A DNA stretch of 64,000 nucleotides from NCBI RefSeq assembly GCF_030144855.1, contig NC_082724.1, positions 16,430,001 to 16,494,000 of the forward strand, read 5' to 3'. Numbering within the stretch: the first letter of the stretch is position 1; the number at the start of each line of letters is the position of its first letter. The stretch is from Hypanus sabinus. Lineage: Eukaryota. Below the pieces are notes generated by a model. That model saw only the letters and a list, made by a program, of their open reading frames with translations. It was not told where the DNA came from and made no database searches. The translations under genes were made by a program, and so were the position numbers. Below, in pieces: positions 48,544-62,549 of the stretch.

Positions 48544-50361
48544 TTCTTTCATACTTCAATGCATCAGACCTTTCCAAAGTTTTTACATGCAATGAAATGT
48601 AGTCACTGGTGTTTTCTAGGAAATACTTCAAATATTTTCAAGATTAAAGTACCTTTTATTAATTCTAGATAACTTTGATTCATGGAAACATTTGGTGAAG
48701 AGAAAAAAAGTCAACAAATCCTGCTAACTCAAGTGATAGGACATGTGGTTGTTAGTCAGAAGGTTAAAAGTTTAAGTTTCACAATTGGCTATTAGTCACA
48801 TCATCTACTTAAAGTAAAATTTAGAGTAGTTTTTCCTATTGTGTAAGAGGAAATGAATCTGATGTTGCAACTTGCCTTACTTTATCTGTTGTTACTTCTG
48901 CTTTACCAATAACACTATAGTACTCATGTCAATCCCTGGATAATGCTCTTCCATTGCCAGAATTTATACAATTGACTAACTGCTCTAATTTCCCTTAGGT
49001 ACTTAAGTAGGTGGCCTGTAAGCATAGCTGGTAGAGCTACTACCACACAGTGCAAAGTAAATTTATTATCAAAGTACATATATGTTACCATATAAACCCT
49101 GAGATTCATTTTCAAAGGTTCGTTTATTATCAAAGTGTGTATCCATATACAACTCTGAAATTTGTCTTCTCCAGGTAGCCACAAAACAAAGAAAGAACAG
49201 GAAGGTCATTCAGAGTGAAACGTCAACCCCCCCCCCCCCCCCATACAATATAGAACTGCTACATGATCATCAACCCCCAAAACCCCTCCCTTCACAGAAA
49301 ACAGAGCAGGAACATTGACTCCCTAAAAACATCCCCTCCCCTGCACAAAAAAAACTAACAGAACATCAACCCCCAAACCCTCTCCCCTTGCACAACAAAA
49401 CAGAAAAAGAATGGGTGATTTAAAAAAAACAGTATATTAAAACTTTAAGAGGAAAAAGTCCGCAGTCCATAAATGCAATAGCCTAATCCATAAACACAGA
49501 ACCCTGATACCATTCTCCGATATCACCAACATTCATCAAAAGAGAGGGACATCACACTAGATAGAGGGACCTATATCCGCCCGCCACAACAACCACACAG
49601 CAGTAAGCTGCTAACAAATTCCTTCTCTGGGAGCTATCAAAAGGAAAGCAGTCGGCACTGAACTCCCATGCACCTTCCGCATTCACCTTGATGTCTCATT
49701 CTTAATTGATGCTTTAATCAGCGAAATGGACTCGAGCATTGGCTCATGCCCCATCTTGAAGCTTCTTTGCATCAAGGCTGTCCAAGTCCGCGCTGGCTTC
49801 TCAGAATCTTCTTGGAGACAGTAAGGCACTGGACATCTCAGTCAATCTCCACACTGTAAATCGCAGTCTCCAACAGTCCCAGAAATACATTTAAGGTGGG
49901 GGAGAAAACAGACACAAAGAAGTAAAGAAGACATATTTATGAACTATCTGGAAGATGTTATACACTAGTGTTATCTTGACCAGATGATACACAGGCATAC
50001 TCAATAAACCAATAATAGAATAATGACCTTAACAGAATCAATGAAAGACCACACCAGTTTGGGCACCAGAGACCACAGATGCTTTATTGGCATTTGCACA
50101 CTTAGTTTGTTTTTTTTATTATGCGTGGGGAGGTTGTTTTTCTTAGAAACAACTTCATGGTTCTCTTTGTTTTTTGGATGCCTGGAGCAGTCGAATCCCA
50201 GAGTTGTACACTGCATACATACTTTGTTAATAAATGTACCTTGATCCTTGAACCATGAGCCTTGTGTGGAATTTGCAGGTTCTCCCCGTGACCATGTAAG
50301 GTTTCCATCACTTTCTCCAGTTGACTCCCACATCCCAAAGGCATGCAGGTTGTTTGATTCG

Positions 50362-52430
50362 CAAACATGAGGAAATCTGCAGATGCTGGAAATTCAAGCA
50401 ACACACACAAAATGCTGGTGGAACACAACAGGCCAGGCAGCATCTATAGGAAGAAGTACAGTAGACATTTCGGGCCAAGACCCTTCTTCAGGACTAACTG
50501 AAAGAAAAGATAGTAAGAAATTTCAAAGTGGGAGGGGGAGGGGGAATTCCAAAAAGATAAGAGAAGACAAGAGGAGGAGGGGTAAAGCTAAGAGCTGGAA
50601 AGGTGATTGGCAAAACGGATAACAGCTGGAGAAGGGAAAGGATCATAGGATGGGAGGCCTAGGGAGAAAGAAAGTGGGAGGGGAGCACCAAAGGGAGATG
50701 GAGACAGGCAGAGTGATGGGCAGAGAGAAAGAAAGGGGGGTAGGGTGGAGAAAACTAAATCTATCAGAGATGGGTAAGAAGGGGAGGAGGGGCATTAACA
50801 GAAGTTTGAGAAATCAATGTTCATGCCATCAGATTGGAGGCTACCCAGACGGAATATAAGGTGTTGTTCCTCCAATCTGAGTGTGGCTTCATCTTGACAG
50901 TAGAGGAGGCCATGGATAGACATATCAGAATGGGAATGAGACGTGGAATGTGTGGCCACTGGGAGATTCTGCTTTCTCTGGCGGACAGAGCATAGGTGTT
51001 CAGCGAAATGGTCTCCAAATCTGCATCGGGTCTCACCAATATATAGAAGGGAGCACCAGACACAGTATATCACACCAGCTGACTCACAAGTGAAGTGTCG
51101 CCTCACCTGGCAGGACTGTCTGGGGCCCTGAATGGTGCTGAGGGAGGAAGTGTAAGGGCGGGTGTAGCACTTGTTCCGCTTACAAGGATAAGTGCCTGGA
51201 AGGAGATCAGTGGGAAGGGATGGCGGGGGAATGAATGGACAAGGGAATCGCGTAGGGAGCGGTCCCTGTGGAAAGCAGAAAGAGTGGGAGAGGGAAAGAT
51301 GTGCTTGGTAGTGGGATCCCGTTGGAGGGGGCGGAAGTTATGGAGGATTATATGTTGGACCCGGAGGCTGGTGGGGTGATAGGTGAGGACAAGGGAAATC
51401 CTATCCCGAGTGGGGTGGTGGGCGGATGGGGTGAGAGTAGATGTGTGAGAAATGGGAGATATGCATTTGAGAGCAGAGTTGATGGTGGAGGAAGGGAAGC
51501 CCCTTTCGTTAAAAAAGGAAGACATCTCCTTCTTCCTGGAATGAAAAGCCTCATCCTCTGAGCAGATGCGATGGAGATGGAATTGTAAGAAGGGGATGGG
51601 ATTTTCACAAGAAACAGGATGGGAAGAGGAATAGTCTAGGTAGCTGTGAGAGTCCATAGGCTTATAGTAGATACCAGTAGATAAGCCGTCTCCAGAGTTG
51701 GAGACAGAAAGATCAAGAAAGGGGAGGGAGGTGTCGGAAATGGACCAGGTAAATTTGAGGGCAGGGTGAAGGTTGGAGGCAAAGTTAATGAAGTCAACGA
51801 GCTCAGCATGCGTGCAGGAGGCAGCGCCAATGCAGTCGTCCATGTCGCGAAGGAAAAGTGGGGGATGGATACCCATATAGTCTTCAAACGTGGACTGTTC
51901 CACAAAGCCAACAAAAAGGCAGGCATAGCTGGGCCCTATAGGGGTGCCCATGGCTACACCTTTAGTTTGGACGAAGGTGGGAGGAACCAAAGGATAAATT
52001 ATTGAGAATAAGGACTAATTCTGCTAGACAGAGGAGAGTGGTGGTAGAGGGGAACTGGTTAGGTCTGGAATCCAAAAAGAAGCTGAGAAGCTTCCTGGTG
52101 GGGGATGGACGTATATAGGGACTGGACATCCATGGTGAAAATAAGGCAGTGGGGGCCAGGGAACTTAAAATCATTGAAAAAATTCAAAGCATGAGAAGTG
52201 TCACGAACATAGGTGGGAAGGGATTGAACAAGGGGGGATAAAAGTGTTGAGGTATGCAGAAATGAGTTCAGTGGGGCAGTAGCAAGCTGAGACAATGGGT
52301 CTACCTGGACAGGCAGGTTTGTGGATCTTGGGTAGGAGGAAGAAGCAGGAAGTGCAGGGTGTGGGAACTATGAGGTTGGTGGCAGTGGATGGGAGATCCC
52401 CAGGGCTGATAAGGTTGGTGTTGGTGTGGG
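50362..52430 (-). mobile_element. Penelope-like retroelement (RT + GIY-YIG endonuclease + pLTR/hammerhead), 5'-truncated, inserted in a V-SINE
   Basis: QTKGVAMGTPIGPSYACLF, LRDMDD, LPFLDL and YYKPMDSHSYLDYSSSHP in ORF 51103-51990; GVIYCVWCS..YIGET..RF..EH in ORF 50795-51106. The V-SINE halves are at about 50260-50360 and 52430-52600. Confidence 0.9.
50459..50495 (-). ncRNA. Minimal type I hammerhead ribozyme motif (best-preserved copy)
   Basis: AGUC-CUGAAGA-A-GGGU(CUUG)GCCC-GAAA-UGUC-UACUG contains the CUGANGA and GAAA cores, stem II and a GUC site; stem I is imperfect. Confidence 0.6.
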
Positions 52431-52816
52431 TTGTTTGATTAATTAGCCACCAGGAATTACCCCTAGTATGTAGGTGATTGGTAGAATCTAGATAGGATAA
52501 TGGAGGGTTAGTGGGTACGTAGGAAGATTAAAAATAGAATCTATGTGTAATTGCATGGTTGGTGCAGATCATGTGGGCATGAGAGCCTGTTTCAACATTT
52601 ATCTCTCTATAAGTTTATTACAAGTCCCCAGCCCTGAGGCTTGTGTTGTTCAACTAAGGAAATAGAATCAGAATTGCCCCTTCTTACACTATCAATAATT
52701 TGGTTTGATAGCTTCAGAATTGATCTCTTCAAAGAATGCCAATAGCTTCTCTCTCTGACAGACGTATCATCTGTCCATGTGTCACCTTCCTTTCTAGAGC
52801 CCATTACGTTCTTTCC

Positions 52817-52923
52817 ATATGAAACAGAAACGTACTTACACGTTTGCTAATCTAGTATCCTGCTTTTCAATATGGAAACAGAAACTTATTTGGACCTTTG
52901 CTAATCTAGTAGTCTGCTTTTCA
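52817..52923. repeat. Diverged tandem duplication, ~53-bp unit x2
   Basis: atatg(g)aaacagaaac...tttgctaatctagta...tgcttttca occurs twice. Confidence 0.85.
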
Positions 52924-54004
52924 ATGGTCATGATGTGTTCTCTTCCAAATTGGGGAAACCATACACGGATTGGATGACTTCTACAAAGTCAGAACAGCAA
53001 ATTGGAGATGACAGTTAACTGAGTTTACATTAGTTACATTAGTTAGGAAAGCTGCTGAAAATTTAGAAAACGTCTTTGTTCCTGTTTGATGCCTGCTTTG
53101 TGCAATAACCAAGAAGACTTGTGAATAAATGAGAGCTATCTGCTCACCATGAGCAGAACAAAGGGGATGATTAAATATGAAAAGATGTGTCCAATAATTT
53201 GGATTTCAGCAGCAGAATTCACGTACAAATGAACAGAGCAGCAAACTGTCCATCTCATTATATTGGTCTTCAAATGGTCTAACCAATGGTATTTAAAGAT
53301 AGCAATGGGAAGAACTTAAGAAGAAGTACATAAAGTAAGTTTATATTTCAGAGGTCCCATATATTTTCAGGAGTCACCCCACCTAATCACTTTCTCCCAC
53401 CTTTCCTGTTCACACATTGGGGAATTTCTCCACCAGTTGACCAACAGACTTATTACCACATCCATGTTTTGGGCACATTGAATTGTACCAGCAGCAGCTA
53501 ACAATATACAGTCTTAGCAATTACATCATGTACTCAATGATGTAATGGGGAGCAAAACGGGGAGGGCAGTATAGGCAAGCTGCCAGCATGGCTTGTTCCA
53601 TTTATTGACAGCTCATCCATTGAGTGGCGACAGAAAGTCAGCCATCAGTCACTTCATTTAAAAGCAGTTTCTTAAATTTGAATCTTATTTCTCCTTAACC
53701 GTATTAGTGCTGTGCACCACAAGTCAGCTAAAGCGGCAGTACTTTCTAACCCCGTTGGAGGTTTTGAATGAGGAGGAAAGTAGGATCTTTCCCAGCTAAC
53801 AACAAAAGGATTGCACTAAGCTTAGGATTTTAAAGGCGCAAGCAACATGCTGCCATCTATCTAGCAAATCTCATGGGACTTGACTGCCCAATGCTTACAT
53901 TTCCTATCCATTTAGTTGAGGCTCCGTTAGCAAGGTGCATTAGTGAACTAGCTCAGTTAAAGGTCTAGTAAGAGTGCTGAACTCATTACTCAGAACTTTA
54001 AAGT

Positions 54005-54590
54005 ATGTCCATGAGTGGCAGGATGGAGATGCGTCTCTACCAAAGGAGGTGTAGGGTGCTCCTTCCCTCCACTAGCCTGCAGGTCACCCTTGGAGAAGGA
54101 GTAGCACCTGCTTAGCCCCTCCCCCAGATCAGGGTCACATGATCCATGTGAGCAGGTGGTGGATGGCTGTATGATCAGCTGATGTATATGCAAGTCCTGG
54201 TTATGCAACCACTGACACCAGGCAGACAATCTCTGAAGAGTATTGATAATGGCTTGGGTCACCCGTCTTGTAACCAGCCAATGGTGTGGCATCTGCACCC
54301 AACTTTGAGGCGAGTGATCCCAGGTTCAAATCGGGCTGGCTCTTTGCACACTTTCCAACAGTGCTGGGTTGAGCATCAACTCGGCCTCATTATAAAAGAA
54401 AAGATGAATGCAAAAGCAACACAAGGTTGCTGCGTGATGCACCACAAGGCACAGAAAGGAACAACAACTACAGTCTGTCTTGAAAAGACACTGCCCAGAA
54501 GAAAGCAATGGCAAACCACTTCTGCAGTAAAATTTGCCAAGAACGATCATGGGCAAGAAAAGACCACAATCATCACATCATACGACGCAA
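54005..54590 (+). mobile_element. RTE/BovB-related short element with an inserted tRNA-derived SINE (about 54273-54470)
   Basis: Tail motif gcaatggcaaaccact resembles BovB/RTE ends; SINE B-box ggttcaaatc. Confidence 0.5.
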
Positions 54591-55324
54591 TACGTATCAA
54601 AGGAATGAAAGTACGCTCAGGTGGTTAAGGCATCAAGCACCTTGTTCCTGTATTATTGTGTGTGGTTTCCTTATGTTGCAAGCAGAGGCAGTTGTGGGAA
54701 GCAATAGATCTGTCAAAACAACATCCTTTATCTATCCAATTAACACCAATGTCTAGTACAACTGTTTATCAAGGTCATACCACATGGTACACTCAGTTCT
54801 TAAGTGTACCTTTACACAAACAGTACACTTTGCAACTAGCCAGACCCTCAATGATTTCCTTACTTTTGGATGAACCAGAGATGGGTCTGAGGATTAGTGC
54901 ACAGAATATGTCAGCTGGCATCTCAAGACCACATTTTCTTGATATTGAAGAAAAAAACTTCTGAAGTACAGTATTGACTGACAAAGAAAAGCTCAACTAT
55001 CTTAACAGTAGTTCGCTTCACTGTTAGGGAAATGTGCTATTGGTTAATGATTCCAAACTATGTTAATGTGTACACAAACTCCATATGATCTTTGGATCCC
55101 ATTGGAGAAAATTGAGATAGCAAGTGGTGTTAGGAAAACTAATGACTGTTGTGTTTTTAGAATTTTTCGTTAAGAAATTGTATTTTTAAGTACATAATAT
55201 AATAATTATCCTCAGGTAGATACTGTAAATTGCTCCATTTTTAATTTGTAACAAAGAAAGGATTTTCAAAAGAAAAATACTCCAAATGCTAAAAACCTCA
55301 ATGAAACAAATGAGGTGAAGTGAG

Positions 55325-55945
55325 ACAGACAGACATACTTTATTGATCCCGAGGGAAATTGGGTTTTGTTACAGTCGCTTCAACCAAGAACAGTGTAGAA
55401 ATATAGCAATATAAAACCATAAATAATTAAATAATAAATTCTTCCAAGTGGAAATAAGTCCAGGACCAGCCTATTGGCTCAGGGTGTCTGACACTCCGCG
55501 GGACGAGTTGTAAAGTTTGATGGCCACAGCAGGAATGACTTCCTATGACACTCAGTGTTGCATCTCGGTGGAATGAGTCTCTGGCTGAATGTACTCCTGT
55601 GCCTAACCAGTACATTATGGAGTGGATGGGAGACATTGTCCAAGATGGCATGCAACTTGGACAGCATCCTCTTTTCAGACACCACCATCAGAGAGTCCAG
55701 TTCCACCCCCACAACATCACTGGCCTTACGAATGAGTTTGTTGATTCTGTTGGTGTCTGCTACCCTCAGCCTGCTGCCCCAGGACGCAACAGCAAACATG
55801 ATAGCACTGGCCACCACAGACTCGCAGAACATCCTCAGCATCATCCGGCAGATGTTAAATGACCTCAGTCTCCTCAGGAAGTAGAGACGGCTCTGACCCT
55901 TCTTGTAGACAGCCTCAGTGTTCTTTGACCAGTCCAGTTTGTCAA
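55325..55945 (-). mobile_element. Rex1-type LINE 3' end (distinct subfamily)
   Basis: MLRMFCESVVASAIMFAVASWG...NKLIRKAS...DNVSHPLH (ORF 55479-55844). Confidence 0.75.
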
Positions 55946-56300
55946 AGTTGACCCATGGATATAGTGTCCTAGATGTCTAGGTATGCAAGTCTGGGCAGTA
56001 CGATATGGGGAGCAAGCTGTTGCCCATGTAGCAAGCTCCCCCTCTCCAAGCATCAGATGAACCCAAAGGAACAGCAGAGACCGACACAGTTTGGTAACAG
56101 TTGAGTTGCAGGAGTTGCTACTCAGCATTGAAATCAATGTCGGACTGCCTTAGGGATTCCAGCTCCGGATTTTTCCCTCAGAGCTTACTCCCAAAGCCTT
56201 CCCCATGAGTGGGTGTAACCGTGAGGCAGCAGAGGTTTGAGATCAGAGTTTTCCTTCTCCTAGATGAGCTGTCAACCACGGCTGACGAGCCCCATCTGTA
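55945..56300. mobile_element. Interspersed repeat, possibly an RTE 5' region
   Basis: A GC-richer repeat-like block next to the LINE; the family was not firmly recognised. Confidence 0.35.
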
Positions 56301-57169
56301 ATGCTGTAAATATTCAGCTGCTTCAGTGATGTTTTTGAAAAGAGATTGAGTACACATTTCAGATTAATAATTGGCTGTGTTCTCATTGCTTGAACCATTG
56401 TGTAGTTTAGCAGGTTAGATTGAAGAAATCTTTACAAACCGGTTCTGTTTCTTTGATGTATTATACGCCCATACAATAAAGGAAAGACATAACCAGTGAT
56501 CCATAGCTGATATTCCATTATTCATTAGGGCTCATTAAACATAACAGTTGCACGTGAAATTGTTACTAATTTGAGCTACACTAAAGTTCTTTGTTACGTA
56601 AATTATATGATGCAACATATCACAATGGAAAGACAGCTGATACTAACCACATCATTGCTTCTGACTGAGTCATTCCATTGTGATATTTGTTTTAACTATC
56701 TTTGCATTTTAACCGGAATTTGAAATCATCATAATTTTAGATGACACAAGAAATTGCTATTATTTTTATATAAACAAATCAAAGATCGACCCCTATGCTT
56801 TAGTACTGATTATGTGGTTAATATATATATATATAGGTTGGAGCCAGTTTAATATAAAGGCCCATTTTCTCATTGTATTACAGAGATAAATCCACTAAAA
56901 CTTGAATTTCCTGTCATGTATTCCCAGGTTGTATAAGAACTAAAAATCTGTACAAACAGAATCAAATAACATTTCCATAATTTTTGGTGAAAGCACTAAT
57001 TTCTTGTCATTGAATGATGATCTTAAATTAATTCCCAATTTATTTTATTAATATAACAATAATCTAGATTATCATATTAGCACACTTTGTCATGCTGATA
57101 TTGACCAAGGATCCTCAAGTTTTGATGAAATCATAAGGTTTTAGTTAATTATTACCTCCCTCTTTCACA

Positions 57170-57662
57170 TCAGGCAGTTGAAGAAGGTTGGTGTGGGTCC
57201 CCAAATCCGAAGAACTTTTTATAGGGACGCAATTGAGAGCATCCTGGTATGGGAACTGTTCTTCCCTCAATTGTAGGACTCTGTAGGGAGTGGTGCGGAC
57301 AGCCCAGCGCATCTGTAGATGTGAACTTCCCACTATTCAAGACATCTACAAAGACAGGTGTGTAAAAAGGGCCCAAAGGATCTTTGGAGACCCGAGTTAC
57401 CCCTACCACAAACTGTTCCAGCTACTACCATCCGGGAAATGGTACTGCAGCATAAAAGTCAGGACCAACAGGCTCCGGGACAGCTTCTTCCACCAGGCCA
57501 TCAGACTGATTAACTCATGCTGACACAACTGTATTTTTATGTTATTTTGACTATCCTGGTGTTTACTATTTATTATAAATTGCACATTGCACATTTAGAC
57601 GGACACGTAAAGATTTTTACTCCTCGTGTTTATGAATGATGTACAGTAAGTAATAAAGTCAA
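57170..57662 (+). mobile_element. Rex1-type LINE 3' end
   Basis: Near reverse complement of 26090-26590 (LFQLLPSGKWY.SIK.RTNRLRDSFFHQAIRL). Confidence 0.85.
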
Positions 57663-58189
57663 AAGAAATAGTTTTGATGTAGAGTTAGTAGAATCGTAGG
57701 AGAAATGGCTGACAATTTGCATAAAGTGAATTATAGAAATAGCAATACATAATGACCGGATAATGTGCTTCATGTTGCTGAGTCAGGACACAGTGATTAA
57801 TTGCCCTGCTCCTTTCAGAATAATCTTACATCCATCTGACAACACAGATGAGGTCCTATTTAATTTCTTATCAATCAGCTCAGCCCCCTTGGCACTTAGT
57901 GCACTGGAGTGTCAGATGAGAGTTTTGTGCTTAACCTCATCATGTATGTCTTCTAACATGTGTGATGATGCATCCATCAAACTGCCAGGTAATTGGATAG
58001 TGTGGTGTTTCCTCAGAACTTGTCTATAGAGTGGTGGAGGTTATGGAGTAGGAATTATAGTCAAAGATAGCTAGGTCAACAGCTGTACAGACAGTAAGTA
58101 CTGAAACCAGCTATACCATTGATAGCCAATGCTTGTAGTTCAGGTTTACTCCCAGTTCAAAATAACATGAGTAATGAATCTGAATTTTG

Positions 58190-59125
58190 TTTTTTGAAGA
58201 AGTTAGTAAGAAAACTGATGAAGTCATGGTGATATACATGGACTTAAGCAAAGCTTTTAACAATGTCCAGCATGGCAGGCTGGTCCAGAAAGTTTGAGTA
58301 CATGGGATCTATGGTGTTTTGGCATTTTAAATCCAAAATTGGCATGGTAAAGGAATGCTGAAAGTAATGATGAAGGGTTGTTTTTCTGAGTAGAAGTCTG
58401 TAACTAGTGGTTACAGACAGGAATTGGTGCTGGAACCTTTAGTGTTTGTCATATGTATAAATGATCTGGCTGAGAACATTCAGCAGTCTGATAAGTATTT
58501 TTGCTGATCACATAAAGATTTGTAGATAGCAAGGGTGGTTTCCAAAGAATACCCAAAGGACATCAATTAGTTGAAAAGTTGAACAAAGCTATGGAAGAAG
58601 AAATTTAATCTAGACTTTTAAGATAATGTATTTGGGTTATCTAATACTGACAGGGCATATATAGTAAAGACCTTGGAAATACTGATATACAGAGGGTCTT
58701 GAGATACAAATTCAAAGCTCTCTGAAAAGGCAACACATGAATAGGTAATGAAGAAAGGGTTTGGTTTGCTTGCATTCAGATGTTGAGGTATTGAGGATAA
58801 GAGTTGGGATATTACGTTGCAGCTGTACAAGTCATTATTTAAGCCACAGGACATGAGTTTAAAATGAGAATGGCAATATTTAAAGAAGATCAGAGGGGCA
58901 AGATTTTAACACAGAGGGGAGTGTGTATATTGAATAAGTTGCCTGAAGAGATGGTCAAGGGAGGTACAAAACAGCCTTTAAAAGCATTTGGACAGGCCCC
59001 GTGGATAGGAAAGCAATAAAGGGATACAAGTCTATTGCAGGAAATTTGATTAGTGTAGGTAGCTGTCACAGTCAGTATGAACAAGTCAGGCCAAAGAACC
59101 TGTTTCCATGCCTTCTGTCTCTAAG
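58190..59125 (+). mobile_element. Old decayed CR1 RT fragment
   Basis: YMDLSKAFNNVQHGRLVQK-like coding near 58235 and a CR1 tail. Confidence 0.6.
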
Positions 59126-61424
59126 ACAGGGTAACGGGTAAATGTGGAGGTTAAGCTTGATCAAGGTTCTGCATTTAAAAGCAGTTGGATTTCAAGAAGC
59201 AGCAGTCTGAGGGAGAATGGAAGAAGGCCCGTAGTTTTGAAATTCGTGTTGGCTTGCAAACTGAATTGCCATTTACACTTTGATTACTTATCTAAGCTGT
59301 AATAATTCAGAATTAACTTATTCCCTCTTCAGCTTTATGGGATAGAAGTGGGCTTGAGAAACGAAGCTCATAGCCCACTTAGAAACTAGGCTTCTGCCTT
59401 CATCTGCATATTTGACAAACTGCTCTGTGTGTCAACAACTACATTTGCAGCGAGGGAGATGTAACATTTTTAGCTGCTTTTTAACAGATTTTACTTCCTT
59501 ATATGTATCATTCTATCACTTGGGATAGCAAGTATGTGAATTCCTGTTACCATGTGTTAACATTAAGATGTTTCAACGAATGGCCTGCATTGGCTTGTTC
59601 ATCTCCTGCCTCCGGGAAATTGAGCTTTAACTCATTACCTTTCCATAATGACATATGTAGCTGTGATTCAGAACTTGCCTCATGGATATCATTGGATGAT
59701 ATGGATATCATCCACAAAAGGCTGCCCCATCAAAAGACCTTTCCTAAAGTTTTGAGCTGCTTAGCAACTTCTTAAAATCCCAGTTAAGTGTTTGAGAGAT
59801 GTTATGATCCCAAAATAGGTTACCTCTTTACCAGGAGGCAATGCTTTAAAGGAGAGGGAAAATGATTTTAAAACTAAGAAAATATTTTTGAGATGTTGAG
59901 ATAAAGAATTTGAATCTAAAATATATCTCAGAAAAGAATTGTAATCAGCAACTTTTGTAATCATCAGACTTGCTATTAGAAGATTGTTAGTCTTCCAAGT
60001 TCTCTTCCTTGAGGTAGTGTTTTAAGGCAGATGTGGATAGATTCTTGATACTCGGGGGGGATGAAACTGCGGGTAGGCCAAAATGAGAAGTTAAGATTAC
60101 TGTCAGATTAGCCATAACCTTATTGAATGGTGGATAGGTTCAAAGAACTGAATGGACCATTCCTGCTCTATTCATTGATTTGTATGTATCTTTAGAAGAA
60201 AAGGGATAAGAAACAGCATTTGTTTCAATCTTCATTTTGATGTATCCTGATTTTATAAGCATTTATAGCCTGCTTTTTGAAACTGTTTTCAGTTCATCAT
60301 TTTAGCTATTTCTTTTTGAAACCTTAATGCTTAATGAATTTTGTCACTGACAGTAAAGTAATTATATTTTTAATATTTGAACAGCTGCAGGTCATTAATT
60401 CTAGCATGCGAGTCAAGTTACCATTATCTGTATAATACTTACATGCAGTCATACCACAAAAAATAAATATATTTAGTCTCAAATTCTAACTTTATCTTTA
60501 ATGAACATTATCCGTTGTCTCAAGGCCCATGTTTGTACCCTAGTGCTGACCTTGAATATTACATAACATATGCTTATCAGATTACTAGAGGTAAGAGAAT
60601 TAAGTCGCAGGGATGTGTTTCTTTAAAAGTGATATTTTTTCACAGTAGTTTGTAAATATTGTTTTGGAATAAATTATAAGGCTGAGAGAGCCATTGTTCA
60701 ATTTAATAAGCCCCAAAACCTGATCTTGAGGTCACAGTGCCTGATTAACCTAAAACCATTGATTGCAATGTAAGTGTAATAATTTCAGTGTCCAATTAGT
60801 AACAATGCTGTTTAGACCTCGGCCTATTCCAAATGCATTTCAGACAGTGAAGTACTTCTCGGTATAATTACTCTTGCAAAGAAGGAGTTCCAGCAGACAG
60901 CTTGAGTACAACAAGCTCTCACAAACATCAAATGACCAGATAATCTGTATTTTTTAATGATGTTGTTTGAGCTAAATATTGGCAAGAGCTCCCTGGATAA
61001 CTTCCGTACACTTCTTCAAAATAATGTCATGGGATTGATTCTGAGATGTTAAACTGAGAATTCTTTTTAACATTTTGTCTGGAAGCTTGCACATTCTCAG
61101 CACTGCACTGGTGTCATCATTGATATGAGAGCTCAAGTCACCAGAGTTAGACTTGAAGCCAAAATCTGTCTCTGCAGAACGTGACCAACTGAACTCTGGC
61201 TGTGCCTGTGTCACAAGAACAGTGGCCAAAAGTTCAATGACCTCTTATGTAGTCTGAGTCAGTGAATGCATGTTTAAATGGCATGTGTTTTAGCAATACA
61301 ACTATTAGCCCTAGATCCTATTTAGTTCATCATGGCCCAAACACTCAACAGCAATGATGTGTATCAATTGGGACTTTTATCTCACATTTGTATATACTGA
61401 GCTTATCTGCAGACCTTGGATATA

Positions 61425-61971
61425 CACTCAGTGGTCACTTTATTTTGTACCTCTTGTGCCTAATAAAGTGCTGACTAAGTGTATGTCCATGGTCTTCTAT
61501 TGCTGTATCCCATCCACTTCAAGGTCCAACATGCTATGCATTCAAAAATGCTATTCTGCACACCACTATTATAACATGTGGTTATTTGAGTTACTTTCAC
61601 TTTCCTGTCAGCTTGAACCAGTCTGACCATTCTCCTCTGACCTCTCTCATTAACAAGACATCTTTGTCCACAGAACTGCTGCTCACTGAATTTTAATTTT
61701 AACTTATTTGCACCATTCTCTGTAACTCTAGAAAATCTTAGGAACAGCAGCTTCTGAGGTACTCAAACCATCCCACCTAGCACCAACAATCATTCCAGGG
61801 TCAAAGTCACTTCGATCATATTTCTTCCCCATTCTCATATTTGGTCTGAACAATCACTGAACTTATTGACCATGTCTGCATACTTTTATGCATTGTGTTG
61901 CTAACGTATGTTTGGCTGATTAGATATTTGCATTAACAAGCAGGTGGACCTAATAAAGTGGCCACTGAATG
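61425..61971. mobile_element. Non-autonomous Tc1/mariner-type MITE
   Basis: TA|CACTCAGTGGTCACTTTATT ... AATAAAGTGGCCACTGAATG TIRs, followed by (TG)n/(TA)n. Confidence 0.75.
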
Positions 61972-62549
61972 TGCGTGTGTGTGTGTGTGTATGTGTATGT
62001 ATATATAAATATATAGCTTACACTTGGGTTCACCCACAGCACCTGAACAGATGACGTAAATCTCACTGGACACTTCCATCCTTTGTGGGAGAGGATGACA
62101 GCCAGTTGTTGGTGTTTGGTACTGCAACTGGAGGATATTTCTGCCAATAGGTCCAAGTCACCACAGAGATGATAATGCAAGCTATTACTGGGATGTTCAG
62201 TTCAGAACAACAAACTGAAATTATCGACAATGACTGCATCCTCCTACCTAATTCTTCTCCTCCTCATACCCACTTCAATCTCCATGTCCACACTTTACTC
62301 CATTGCCAGTTGACAGTTGATCTGTGGTGCATCACTTTGTTCCATTACACACTTGAAGACCCATCCATAGTGTTGCATCTTGTATCTCTAATTATTTCCA
62401 ACGCAAGCAGATCCCACTCAAAACATCCAGATACTATAGCAGAATCTGTCACTGAGAGTTAACGCTGCCCATACAGTTGTAATCCTTGACAGTGGGCCAT
62501 AATATGAAACAAGACCTACAGTACATCACAGGACAACAATCCATTCCCC

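Noticed and set aside
51103-51990. Telomerase or an active reverse transcriptase gene
   Set aside because: It is a Penelope-type RT with a mutated YxDD (RDMDD), frameshifts and 5' truncation.
59478-59537. 44-nt micro-exon (tttttaacag ... CAA|GTATGT)
   Set aside because: The splice-like sites are plausible, but there is no coding or other support, and such matches are common in AT-rich introns.
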